A stretch of DNA of 63,068 nucleotides, counting the filler. It is 5 parts of 5 records of this genome, joined end to end, with 100 filler letters (N's around TTAATTAATTAA, not from the genome) between each part and the next. Parts side by side here need not be neighbours in the genome. Positions count along the whole stretch, not along the records: positions 19,313 to 33,991 come from SRR31156797_1828; positions 34,092 to 45,062 come from SRR31156797_1831; 3 more parts are not named here. One strand, written 5' to 3'. Numbering within the stretch: the stretch's first letter is position 1; each line of letters opens with the position of its first letter. The notes below the pieces were generated by a model, which made no database searches, was not told the origin of the DNA, and worked only from the letters and a program-made list of their open reading frames with translations. The translations under genes were made by a program, and so were the position numbers. Of this stretch, positions 31,548 through 40,800 are shown piece by piece.

Positions 31548-32342
31548 CTAAAATGCTGATTGTACTACTCCCCCATCAACTCTTAAGAGTGCTCCATTCG
31601 TTGCACTAGAGAGTGAGCTTGAAGTATAAACGATCATATTAGCAATCTCTTCTACTTCAGAAAACCTTTGAATAAGTGAAGTTGGTCTCACTGCTTGGAA
31701 AAACTCTTTTTCAACTTCATTAAATGTTTTGTTTTCTTTATCAGCTAAGTCTTGGATAAACTGCATCACTCCTTCAGACTTAGATGGTCCTACGATAATA
31801 GAGTTTGAAGTAACCTGTGTACCTTTAGTAAGTTCGGCAATACCTCTTGATACTGAGACTTGAGCGGTTTTTGTCATCCCATAATGGATCATCTCTTTTG
31901 GAATTTGTAAGGCTGATTCACTTGAGATAAAAATGATTCTCCCCCAATCTTTTTCCAACATTGATTTTAAATAATGCTGAGACAATCTTGCCCCACTCAT
32001 CACATTAACTTGAAACATATGAAGCCACTCTTCCTCTTTAATATCCACAAAATCTCTAGGTTCAAAGATCCCTAAGTTATTGATCAAAATATCTATATGT
32101 GGAACTTGTGCAATAAGTTCATCGCACCCTTTTTTATCTTTTAGATCAGCTACTATTCCACTTATTTTTGCAGATGGTATCTCTTGTTTGATTTTTTCTA
32201 TTGCTTTTTGAACCTTTTTCTCATCTCTTCCATTAATAATAACCGATGCTTTCTCTTCACATAGTTTTTTTGCTGTTGCAAATCCTATCCCTTGGGTTGA
32301 GCCTGTTACAAGTGCTATTTTATCTTCTATTTGTAAATTCAC
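31548..32342 (-). CDS. Short-chain dehydrogenase/reductase
   Basis: TGSTQGIG, NNLG, YGMTK, VDGG. Confidence 0.93.
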   Translation of the reverse strand: MNLQIEDKIALVTGSTQGIGFATAKKLCEEKASVIINGRDEKKVQKAIEKIKQEIPSAKISGIVADLKDKKGCDELIAQVPHIDILINNLGIFEPRDFVDIKEEEWLHMFQVNVMSGARLSQHYLKSMLEKDWGRIIFISSESALQIPKEMIHYGMTKTAQVSVSRGIAELTKGTQVTSNSIIVGPSKSEGVMQFIQDLADKENKTFNEVEKEFFQAVRPTSLIQRFSEVEEIANMIVYTSSSLSSATNGALLRVDGGVVQSAF

Positions 32343-32362
32343 TGATACTCCTTTTATAAAAT

Positions 32363-32424
32363 ATTATATGTGATTTTTATCGCATATAAATCGCAACATA
32401 GATGCGAACTTTTTTAGATATACT
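32363..32424. promoter_or_regulatory. Overlapping divergent GCGA-box promoters for SDR (-) and TauE (+)
   Basis: Minus 32396-32363: TT-GCGA-TTTATAT-GCGA-TAAAAATCACA-TATAAT; plus 32391-32424: TC-GCAA-CATAGAT-GCGA-ACTTTTTTAGA-TATACT. Confidence 0.72.
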
Positions 32425-32451
32425 TTTTAAAAAATTCTCTAAGGTATATTT

Positions 32452-33255
32452 ATGTTAGATATTCAAACTGTTGTTATATTTTTATTTTTAGGCTCTTTTG
32501 TTGGTATTATCTCAGGTTTATTTGGTATCGGTGGTGGTGGGATTATTGTGCCTGTTTTAACTACACTGTTTTTAGCTGCAGATGTTTCTCAAGAGCATGT
32601 GGTACATATAGCCTTAGGAACTGCTATGACTATTATCATCGTTACCTCTTTTTCTAGTTTTAGAGCTCAACACAAAAAAGGCTCCGTTGCATGGGATATA
32701 TTTAGACTTATGTTACCAGGAGTCCTCCTTGGAACCTTTTTATCTACCTTTATAGCTTCCCAATTAAGCTCTTTTTATCTCGCTATATTTTTTGCTATTT
32801 TTATGTTTTATTCAGCATTTCAGATGTTTTTTGGGAAAAAACCAAAATCAAATCGTAAACCATTTAAAGCAAAAGGACAATTTGTTGCAGGTGGAGGTAT
32901 TGGTGCCTTATCTGCTTTAGTTTCTATAGGTGGCGGGGTACTTACTGTTCCTTATCTAGTATGGCAAAATATTGATATAAAAAAAGCGATCGGTACCTCA
33001 TCTGCGATTGGATTTCCTTTAGCTATATCTGGAACTATTGGATATGTGATAAATGGATGGAGTAATACATCAATGGATACCTTGATGATAGGATATGTGA
33101 GTTTACCAGCTTTATTTTTTATAGCCCTTGCTAGTTATTTTACTGCACCAATTGGGGTAAAACTTGTTCATAAACTCCCAATTGATCTTACAAAAAAACT
33201 ATTTGCTCTCCTTCCTTTGGCTTTAAGTATAAAGATGATTATCTCTTTAACTTAA
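32452..33255 (+). CDS. TauE/SafE (TSUP) family membrane transporter
   Basis: GLFGIGGGGIIVP and SIGGGVLTVP duplicated motifs, AIGTS. Confidence 0.92.
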   Translation: MLDIQTVVIFLFLGSFVGIISGLFGIGGGGIIVPVLTTLFLAADVSQEHVVHIALGTAMTIIIVTSFSSFRAQHKKGSVAWDIFRLMLPGVLLGTFLSTFIASQLSSFYLAIFFAIFMFYSAFQMFFGKKPKSNRKPFKAKGQFVAGGGIGALSALVSIGGGVLTVPYLVWQNIDIKKAIGTSSAIGFPLAISGTIGYVINGWSNTSMDTLMIGYVSLPALFFIALASYFTAPIGVKLVHKLPIDLTKKLFALLPLALSIKMIISLT

Positions 33256-33519
33256 AACTTATCCTAAATTCATTCTAAAAAGATATAAATAGCTATAAAA
33301 CACTATCAATATCTACTTTTTAACTAAAATCTAAAGTGTTAAATCATCTAATCATACTCTTTTCATAGCACAGTTTTAGCATAAAAAAGAACCTATGCAA
33401 ACGATAATTTATGGAAATTTTTAATTCATAAAAATAGCTAGAACTAACTAACTATTTTCTCCTTATACTTACTCTTCACAGTCTCACACTCATATTTAAA
33501 TTGAATCTCATACATAGAT

Positions 33520-33651
33520 TTAGCACAGCTTTTTTTTACTTGTCCATTTAAAGCCAAGTTCTTTTAATCTCTCTTTGATAGTTTTTCTATTTCCACTTAG
33601 CCAGATCCATAATCCTACTACTTCAATTGTAATACCACTTAAAATAATCTC
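33520..33651 (-). pseudogene. Start-less fragment resembling the C-terminal domain of small mobile-element-borne 'DnaJ-like' proteins
   Basis: Hand translation EIILSGITIEVVGLWIWLSGNRKTIKERLKELGFKWTSKKKLC*, preceded by in-frame stops; family recognised from memory. Confidence 0.45.
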
Positions 33652-33848
33652 TTATCATGCAACCTTACACTTAACTCCGTAGGATAGCCCTGATAGAAAT
33701 GGAATAAATTTTAATTTATTGGAATAGATAGCAAGATAATGCTTTATTGTGTGACAAATACCTTGACACTTTTATAATATACTATAAAACAATAATCAAT
33801 AAAAAGATACAATAACTATAAATATTAAAAATAAACTAATGGAATAAT

Positions 33849-33989
33849 ATGAACATAATCCAAATTGAACAGCAAATTCAAGATTTAGTAGAAGAGTTAG
33901 ACAAAGAAAATTTGATATTTGATTTTCTTCTTATTTTTGATGAACCGAAATCAACTATTACAAAACTAGCTCAATCCACTAAAAACTAA
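33849..33989 (+). pseudogene. Truncated N-terminus of an MmeI/YeeA-like Type II R-M methyltransferase
   Basis: MNIIQIEQQIQDLVEELDKENLIFDFLLIFDEPKSTITKL... stops after 46 aa, 2 nt before the contig end. Confidence 0.45.
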
Positions 33990-33991
33990 AT

Positions 33992-34091
33992 NNNNNNNNN
34001 NNNNNNNNNNNNNNNNNNNNNNNNNNNNNNNNNNNTTAATTAATTAANNNNNNNNNNNNNNNNNNNNNNNNNNNNNNNNNNNNNNNNNNNN
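33992..34091. other. Artificial contig linker
   Basis: N-run, TTAATTAATTAA, N-run; sharp GC increase afterwards. Confidence 0.98.
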
Positions 34092-34527
34092 ACATAATCA
34101 GACTCGCAACATAACGTCCCCACCCCCATAGATGCCGTGATCATATTCTTTCCTCCTTCGAAAGACCTTGATACAGACAAGGATGCGCCAGAAGCGGTCT
34201 TTTTTCCGGGGAACCCGGCAACAGTTGATGCCCTTAAAAAAGCAATCATCGTGTTTGCAATTCCGAAATTCGGGCGAATATGATACAAACATTTGAGGCA
34301 AGGATGTGCGATGGGGCGCGAGCGCATTCCAATGAGTATGTGCGCAGCAGGTCAGCTGAACTATTGATGAAATTCGTAACATGAACGTCGGCGACCAAAA
34401 CCGGCTTTTTTTAGGTTCCGGGAATAGCATTGTGGCGCTCTGATTACGACCCATACGGTGCCCGGCTATGAACTTGATCCGGACCCTTGATTCAATCGAA
34501 AACCCCTTATTGTCCCCATAGGTAACC

Positions 34528-35949
34528 ATGCCGACCGCTGATCAGGAGAAAAAGATAATTGATATTATGGAGCGGCTCCATTTCTTCGACGCATTTACCC
34601 CGGAGGAGAAAAGGGAAATCGCCGGTCTGAATGCACATTTCCGCGTATATCAGGCCGGGGAGTTTATCATCCGGGAAGGAACCAAAGGCGCCTCCATGTT
34701 CATCCTTCTCTCCGGCAGGGTCGAGGTCAGCAAAGGCCATGATTCCAGTCTTTTGATCCAACTGAAGCCGGGGGATATATTTGGTGAAATCGCCTTTCTG
34801 ATGGACACCCACCGGAAGGCCAATATCATCGCGGATGGGGTGGTGATCGCCCTCGATCTGGACAAGAAGATGTTGCTGGAATTGGATGTCCGCATCCGTG
34901 AAAAATTTAAAGATAAAATCATTGAAAAACTGATCCATCGCCTCGACTACATGAACAACATCCTCTTCAAACGGGAACAGCCGCCTGGGCCGGAATCCGT
35001 TTCCCAATCTGTTTTATTGAAATCGAAATCCGAAAAACAGCAAAATATGGGCACAAGGCCCGATTCCGAAAGTGCCACATCTGAAAAAATCGAGGGCGCC
35101 CATGGATATGGCCTTAAACAGGACATTTTAAAAAGCGTCAAAGAACTCCTCCCAATGCCCGATATACTGATGAAAGCACAGAGGCTTCTGGCGGATCCCG
35201 CATCCGGTCCCCAGGATCTGGCCCAGGTGCTTTCGGCGGATCAGGCCATTGTGTCCCGCATTTTGAAAGTTGCCAATTCAGCCTACTATGGTTTTGTCGG
35301 AAAAGTCTCCTCCATTGAAAAGGCCAGCCTGCTTTTCGGCTCCAAACGGTTGGGCGAATTGATCACCACCATGGGTATGCTCGGCCTGTCGAGCAAGATT
35401 CTAGCGGGTTATGACATGAAGTCCGGGGACCTGTTGCAGCATGTGCTCGCAACGGCGTGCGGCGCCAAGCATCTTGCTGAAATCGCATTCCCGGATATGG
35501 CCGAAGACGCTTATATCGCCGGATTGTTGCATGATTCCGGTAAAATCATCCTCGATAGTTATGTGCAGGAAAGAAAAGACAGGTTTAAACAATATATCAA
35601 GGACACAAAAAACACTTTTTTTGAAGCGGAGCTTGAAATTTTGGGATTCGACCATGGGGAAATTGCGGCTGTTGTGTGCAAGGAATGGGACATTCCGGAA
35701 CAGATCGCCCGGGCCATACGCTTTCACCACAACCCCTCCCATCCAAAAAGCAATCTCCTGGCTCATCTGATCCATTATGCGGATCACTTGGCCGCCAAAA
35801 CAGGCATCGGCGGCTGCAAACGAAGCGATTCCCTCAAACTTGACCGCACCACCGAAAGAATCATGGCCTTTAGCGAAACGGATTTTAACGCCATTGTTGA
35901 GGTCGTAAAGACCGATGTGAACCGGATGGTCCTGGAGGTTCGCGGGTAA
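34528..35949 (+). CDS. Cyclic-nucleotide-binding (Crp-type) domain plus HDOD domain protein
   Basis: IIREG...GDIFGEIAF...RKA cNMP domain; ILKVANSAYYG, AGLLHDSGK, IRFHH HDOD domain. Confidence 0.9.
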   Translation: MPTADQEKKIIDIMERLHFFDAFTPEEKREIAGLNAHFRVYQAGEFIIREGTKGASMFILLSGRVEVSKGHDSSLLIQLKPGDIFGEIAFLMDTHRKANIIADGVVIALDLDKKMLLELDVRIREKFKDKIIEKLIHRLDYMNNILFKREQPPGPESVSQSVLLKSKSEKQQNMGTRPDSESATSEKIEGAHGYGLKQDILKSVKELLPMPDILMKAQRLLADPASGPQDLAQVLSADQAIVSRILKVANSAYYGFVGKVSSIEKASLLFGSKRLGELITTMGMLGLSSKILAGYDMKSGDLLQHVLATACGAKHLAEIAFPDMAEDAYIAGLLHDSGKIILDSYVQERKDRFKQYIKDTKNTFFEAELEILGFDHGEIAAVVCKEWDIPEQIARAIRFHHNPSHPKSNLLAHLIHYADHLAAKTGIGGCKRSDSLKLDRTTERIMAFSETDFNAIVEVVKTDVNRMVLEVRG

Positions 35950-36003
35950 CATGGTGCCCCAAGATACTTTCCGGGAAAGGACCAGGATCTTTACGGACCG
36001 TTC

Positions 36004-36168
36004 TCACGGAATTTCATTGATATTCAGTTTTTTGAAGCAGCAGGGGCACCTTTTGAGATGTTCTCTCATGTCGTCACCCCGTGACCAGAAGAGCGTTCGG
36101 CATTCGGGACCTGAAAAACGATACTGTACCCATACGGGAAATCCACACCCACAGAATCTCTGTTGCAT
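36004..36168 (-). CDS. Small Cys-rich (zinc-ribbon-like) protein, 54 aa
   Basis: GGAGG RBS before ATG 36168; FCGCG and CPCC motifs. Confidence 0.6.
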   Translation of the reverse strand: MQQRFCGCGFPVWVQYRFSGPECRTLFWSRGDDMREHLKRCPCCFKKLNINEIP

Positions 36169-36249
36169 TTTTACACCTCCACCTGTACTGTTAAAATAAC
36201 ATATGTTTAATAATATGAACACCCCGGGCAAAAAAATATCCATCTATGA

Positions 36250-36900
36250 TTAACGGTATTCCCTTCCCACCCAAACCACTTTTCCGATGATTCGGGCCAT
36301 ATCCATTTCCCCTTCACGCAGAAAAATCGGGGCATAATCTTTGTTGTCGCTCTGCAGCACCAGTTTGTTGGGATGCTTTTCCACCCGTTTGACCATCACC
36401 GTGTCCTCAATGCCCACCGCGTAAAGCGCACCGGCAATAATGGCTTTCTGGGATTCGTCAACCAGAACCGTATCCCCATCCTTTAATTCGGGGGCCATGC
36501 TGTTGCCGAAAATATCCATCAGGACCATTTTACCGGCGCTTCCTTTTCGGCATAACCAGTCTTTCCTGAAAGCGTAGAAGCCCTGGATATCCGATCCCAC
36601 CTCGAAAGACCCATCTCCTGCGCAGAGACGGGCGTTGACTTTTGGAATTTTGTCGAATTCAGGGTCATGGCAGATCTTGCTTTCTTTTGGATCTCCTACG
36701 CCCTTTTCAAGCCAGTCAGGGTTCAGACCGAATTTTCGTGACAGCCCGAGAACCCAATTGGCTGGAATGGTTCCCTTCTTCTTGGCCTGGGTTACGGCGG
36801 AGCGGTTGATCCCCAGGACGGCCGCCAACTCCGTTTGAGACCGAATTCCCGTTGCGGCGGCAACCCGTTCAAAAAATGATTCAAAACGATGGAAGGTCAT
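36250..36900 (-). CDS. CI-like HTH plus peptidase S24 repressor (LexA/CI superfamily)
   Basis: SQTELAAVLGINRSAV helix-turn-helix, CAG cleavage-type site, GNSM catalytic Ser, VKR catalytic Lys. Confidence 0.9.
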   Translation of the reverse strand: MTFHRFESFFERVAAATGIRSQTELAAVLGINRSAVTQAKKKGTIPANWVLGLSRKFGLNPDWLEKGVGDPKESKICHDPEFDKIPKVNARLCAGDGSFEVGSDIQGFYAFRKDWLCRKGSAGKMVLMDIFGNSMAPELKDGDTVLVDESQKAIIAGALYAVGIEDTVMVKRVEKHPNKLVLQSDNKDYAPIFLREGEMDMARIIGKVVWVGREYR

Positions 36901-36966
36901 GGGATCTGTTAAAAAAAATAAAAGTTAACGAATTGTTTATATGGATAAACTTTTTCTGGATTTGTG

Positions 36967-37809
36967 TCAAGCTTTTTTTTGGCTCATCCTCAAATGTTTG
37001 TGGTCCTTTGCATACGGTGTCCAAATCATCACCGGTCGCCCCATGAGCTCCGAGAGGGGAAGAATTTTCATTCCCCGGTCTTCGATACCCTGAAGAATTT
37101 TGTCAATTTCATTCAGCCACAGTTGTAAATCTGCACGTCTTTTTGGCATAACATCATGGAGCGCAATGATATGATCGGTTCGTAAATCCCTGAGTATCCG
37201 CATTGAAAGCCCCTTGAGTCGTCTGTTTCCGAAATCCGCTCCCCGGCGGCTGAAGTTTACGGTAATCATCCCCAGGTCCTTGAGTATCCCCCAAAGCTTT
37301 GGATTGGTGATGCCCACGGGGGGGCGAAACGCCAGTGCCTTCACATGAAACCGCGCCAGAACTTCCTCTGCGGCGTTGATTTCCCGAAACAGGTGTTTTT
37401 TGCTTTTGAGCATGCAGAGATTGTCATGGCCGTAGGAATGGTTTCCCAGCAAATGGCCATGGTTGAGGATTTTATGGATCAGTTGCGGATGGGCGGCCGC
37501 CTTTTTTCCAACCACGAAAAAGGTCGCTTTGGCCCCGTGTTGATGGAGAAGGGCCAGCAACGGTTCAGTGGTGAAGGGATCGGGGCCGTCGTCAAATGTG
37601 ATGGACACGGCTTTTTGACCTGAATTTCCCCGGCTGATGATGGGGAGGAAAAATCCGAATCGAGGCAGAAAAGGCGCCACCATGCAGAGGACCACGAAGA
37701 GAAACAGGGGCACCACCGCCAGGGATACGTCAAACAGGGCCAAAAAAAACGCAGCAAAATAAGATATAAATCCCAAACCATGGGCACGGGAAAGAGAATG
37801 GCGGGCCAC
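36967..37809 (-). CDS. Polysaccharide deacetylase (NodB homology) with N-terminal TM segments
   Basis: TFDDGP, NHSYGH, FRPPVG, LHD motifs. Confidence 0.92.
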   Translation of the reverse strand: MARHSLSRAHGLGFISYFAAFFLALFDVSLAVVPLFLFVVLCMVAPFLPRFGFFLPIISRGNSGQKAVSITFDDGPDPFTTEPLLALLHQHGAKATFFVVGKKAAAHPQLIHKILNHGHLLGNHSYGHDNLCMLKSKKHLFREINAAEEVLARFHVKALAFRPPVGITNPKLWGILKDLGMITVNFSRRGADFGNRRLKGLSMRILRDLRTDHIIALHDVMPKRRADLQLWLNEIDKILQGIEDRGMKILPLSELMGRPVMIWTPYAKDHKHLRMSQKKA

Positions 37810-37863
37810 GAACCCCCCCTTTGGTGATAGTTTACGGTTCTTTCAACTGTTAACGGAAAACAA

Positions 37864-40800
37864 TCAACCGTTTTCCGCCATGAGCCAGACGGATTCTCCC
37901 CTTGAGCCGGAGGGGATTTTGATTTTCACCCGAAAACCGGCACCCGCGAGCATTTCAACGATCTTGTCAACGGATCTGTAATAGAGGGGCGTCTTGGAGA
38001 GGGTCGATTTCAGGGCCTCCACTTTCCATAACCATGATCGATGCCCTTCGGAGGGTGCCGCCGCCCGAATCAAAAGCAGGCCTTCCCGGTTAAGATTCTT
38101 GGAAAGCCGTTTTAGGGTCAGGGCCAATGGTTCATCGGGTAAATAGTGGATCATGTCCAGCATGACGGCCGCATCCGCCGGTACGGGAACCGATGGAACA
38201 TGGGGGGCTGCATCCTGTTTCACAAGTCCCCTTTCTCCCAAAACCACGGATGCCACCCGAACCCTTTCACCGTCGGGATCAATGCCGAAAAGTTTCGCCT
38301 TTGGAAATCGTTCAAGGAGCCAGCAGGCCGGTACACCGTAGCCGGTACCGATATCCATGATGGTTTTCAGGTTCATGTCTTTATGAAAAAATTGGGGAAG
38401 TTCTTTAAACATGGGGTCCACCATCATTTTAAACCGCGCAAAACACCTTGGATAGGCCTCCATATTGCTGTATCGATGAAGAATTGCCTGGACAGGGGTC
38501 AGAAGCTTTCCCGTTTTTTTTGTGGGTTTACGAAGCACGAACCTGAGGATCGGCGGCAAAATGATAAAGGCCCCCGCCAGGGAATAGGTGATTCCCAGAA
38601 GGGATGTCAATCCCGCACTTCTGAGAAGGGCGTGGCGGGAAAAACACAAAACTCCGAAACCGATGATGGTGGAGAATGACGCCATGAAAATGGTCATCTT
38701 AATCAGTTGAAAGGACGGATGGTCCTCACCGGCGTATCGCTGGTAGCCCCTCACCATGAAGAGTGAATAGTCGATCCCCATGCCGATGACGACGATGGAA
38801 AGCATCAATCCGGGGATATCCAGGGGATGTCCCATGAGGTTGAGGGTTCCCAGGGTACAGACCAGTGCAAACAGAACCGGTATGAGCGCAACGAAAACCA
38901 GGCGCCAGTCGAGAAAGTAGAGAAAAAGCAGAAGGATGACGCTGAAACCGATGATCCATAACATGTTCAGGAAGGTTGAAAATAAAAGCCCCCCCAGCCG
39001 CTGGGAAAAAAAAGTGGGGTCGAATATTTTTCCAAAGGTGCCGTACCGGTCGTGAAATGCCTGAGGGTCATAGGCCGGTCCGGGTTTCAGGTTTGAAAAC
39101 TGGACCCATGAAGCGTTTTTTAAATTGCGGGTAATTCCCAGCATCTCATGGAATTGGGGACGGATTTCCGTGGATGTCACCCGGTAGCCATGGTCCGAGA
39201 GGGTTTCCAGAAAAGGTGTGAACGCTTCCGGCCTGAACCCCACACGGGTGGAAGCGTTTTTCAGGTGTTCCTTCAACCGGGTAACCCGTTCTTTATGCCA
39301 GAAGGATCGCCATGCCAGAAAATTTTCCTTTGCCTTTTTTTCCCCCGGGAAGACCATGGCCGGTATGAATCCGGAATCCAGAACGCCCGAGGCAAGATCC
39401 TGATGAAGCATGGGGAGCATGTTGTCCCCCATGGCCTGAAGGGCCGAAAGCCGTCTGCCTTCCGTCATGAGAAAAATGTTTTCAAAAATGGTGTCTCCCC
39501 AGATTCGGTTAAAGGTTTTTTCGGCGGCAAGGGTCTCTTCGCTGACGGTGTTCATGGCGTGCAGGCTCACGAGAAATTCGGGCCGTGCGAAGAAGACCAT
39601 GAAAATGGCAAAAACAATGGCCCCGAGTGCCCCTTTTGCGCCGAGGCCCGTCAATTCTGCTACCCCTTTTCGGAGCGGCAAGGACCGTTTTCGGGCCGGC
39701 GGCATTTCGGGGAAAATCAGCGGAAAAACCGTATGAACAAACAAGAAGGAGAAGGCGATACCGAGGGCCGTGAACCGGCCCAACTGTTCAAAAATGGGGA
39801 AATCACAAAAAATCAAGGCGCCGAAAGCGCCCATTGTGGTGAGGGCCGCCACCAACCCCACGGACCATATTTCCCGGGCCGCGACCCTTCCCTTGGTGGG
39901 CCGGGGGCGATCCAGGAAGAGGAGAAAGGCGATGCCGTGGTCCACGGTAATGGCGATGATGGCACCGCCGAAACCCAAAGCCATGATGGAGATGGACCGT
40001 TCCAGAAGGGCAAGGACAAACAATGCGGCCACGGATCCGAAAAGGGCCGGCAGAAAGGCGAATAGCCCCAGAAGGGGTCTTGGAAAGGCAAAAATAAGCA
40101 GCAAGGCGATACCCAGGCTGGCCAGAAGTATGGCCCTTTCGCTGTCCTGCCGGGCGATGATTTCATTGTCCAGAGCCGCGCGATAAGCGCCCATGGGTGT
40201 CAGGACAACGGGGTTTTCAATATCTCCGAAATTATGGGCCAATTCCCGGCCAGTGGTCAGCAGAAGGGCGGAGAGTTTACGGGCAAGCGCCGTATCCATC
40301 CCCGAACCAAAGGGGGTGGCCATTAAAAGGAGGTGCTTTCCATCGGAAGATATGAGTTGTCCCCCATGAAATCGAATATCTTTGGAAGGTGCCAGGGAAG
40401 AGAGGCGGGCCAGAACCGTGTTGGAGAGTGCCAGGGGGTCCTTTGAAATGCTTTCCGAACGTCCGATACCCTCCAGATCCAGGAGATTATGGTAATTGTT
40501 CCGTAGCTTCATGTGGATCTTTTCAGATGTCAATAACGGTGCCACTTCATCCCGGAGTTCCGTTTCATCAAACATGATGGGCAGGTTGTTCAAAACGTGG
40601 GCCATGAGATCCGGCATGACCTTCTGGAAGTCTTTAAGGCCCACCTGTTTAAACAGGCCGCTTTGCATAAGCTTTTGCTCCACAAACCGGCTGCATGCCA
40701 GCAGAAGTGGCATGTTTTCCTCTTTCAGGCCGATATCCATAATTAACCGATCCTGGATGGGATGGTTTTTGAAAACATGTTCGGCATCGACTATAACCGG

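Noticed and set aside
34092-34527. Short minus-strand ORFs or a riboswitch at the start of contig 3
   Set aside because: No recognisable protein or RNA motif. A GGAGG-preceded ATG near 34145 may begin a truncated gene but is too short to call.
36250-36900. Prophage suggested by the CI-like repressor
   Set aside because: No integrase, structural, replication or lysis genes nearby.
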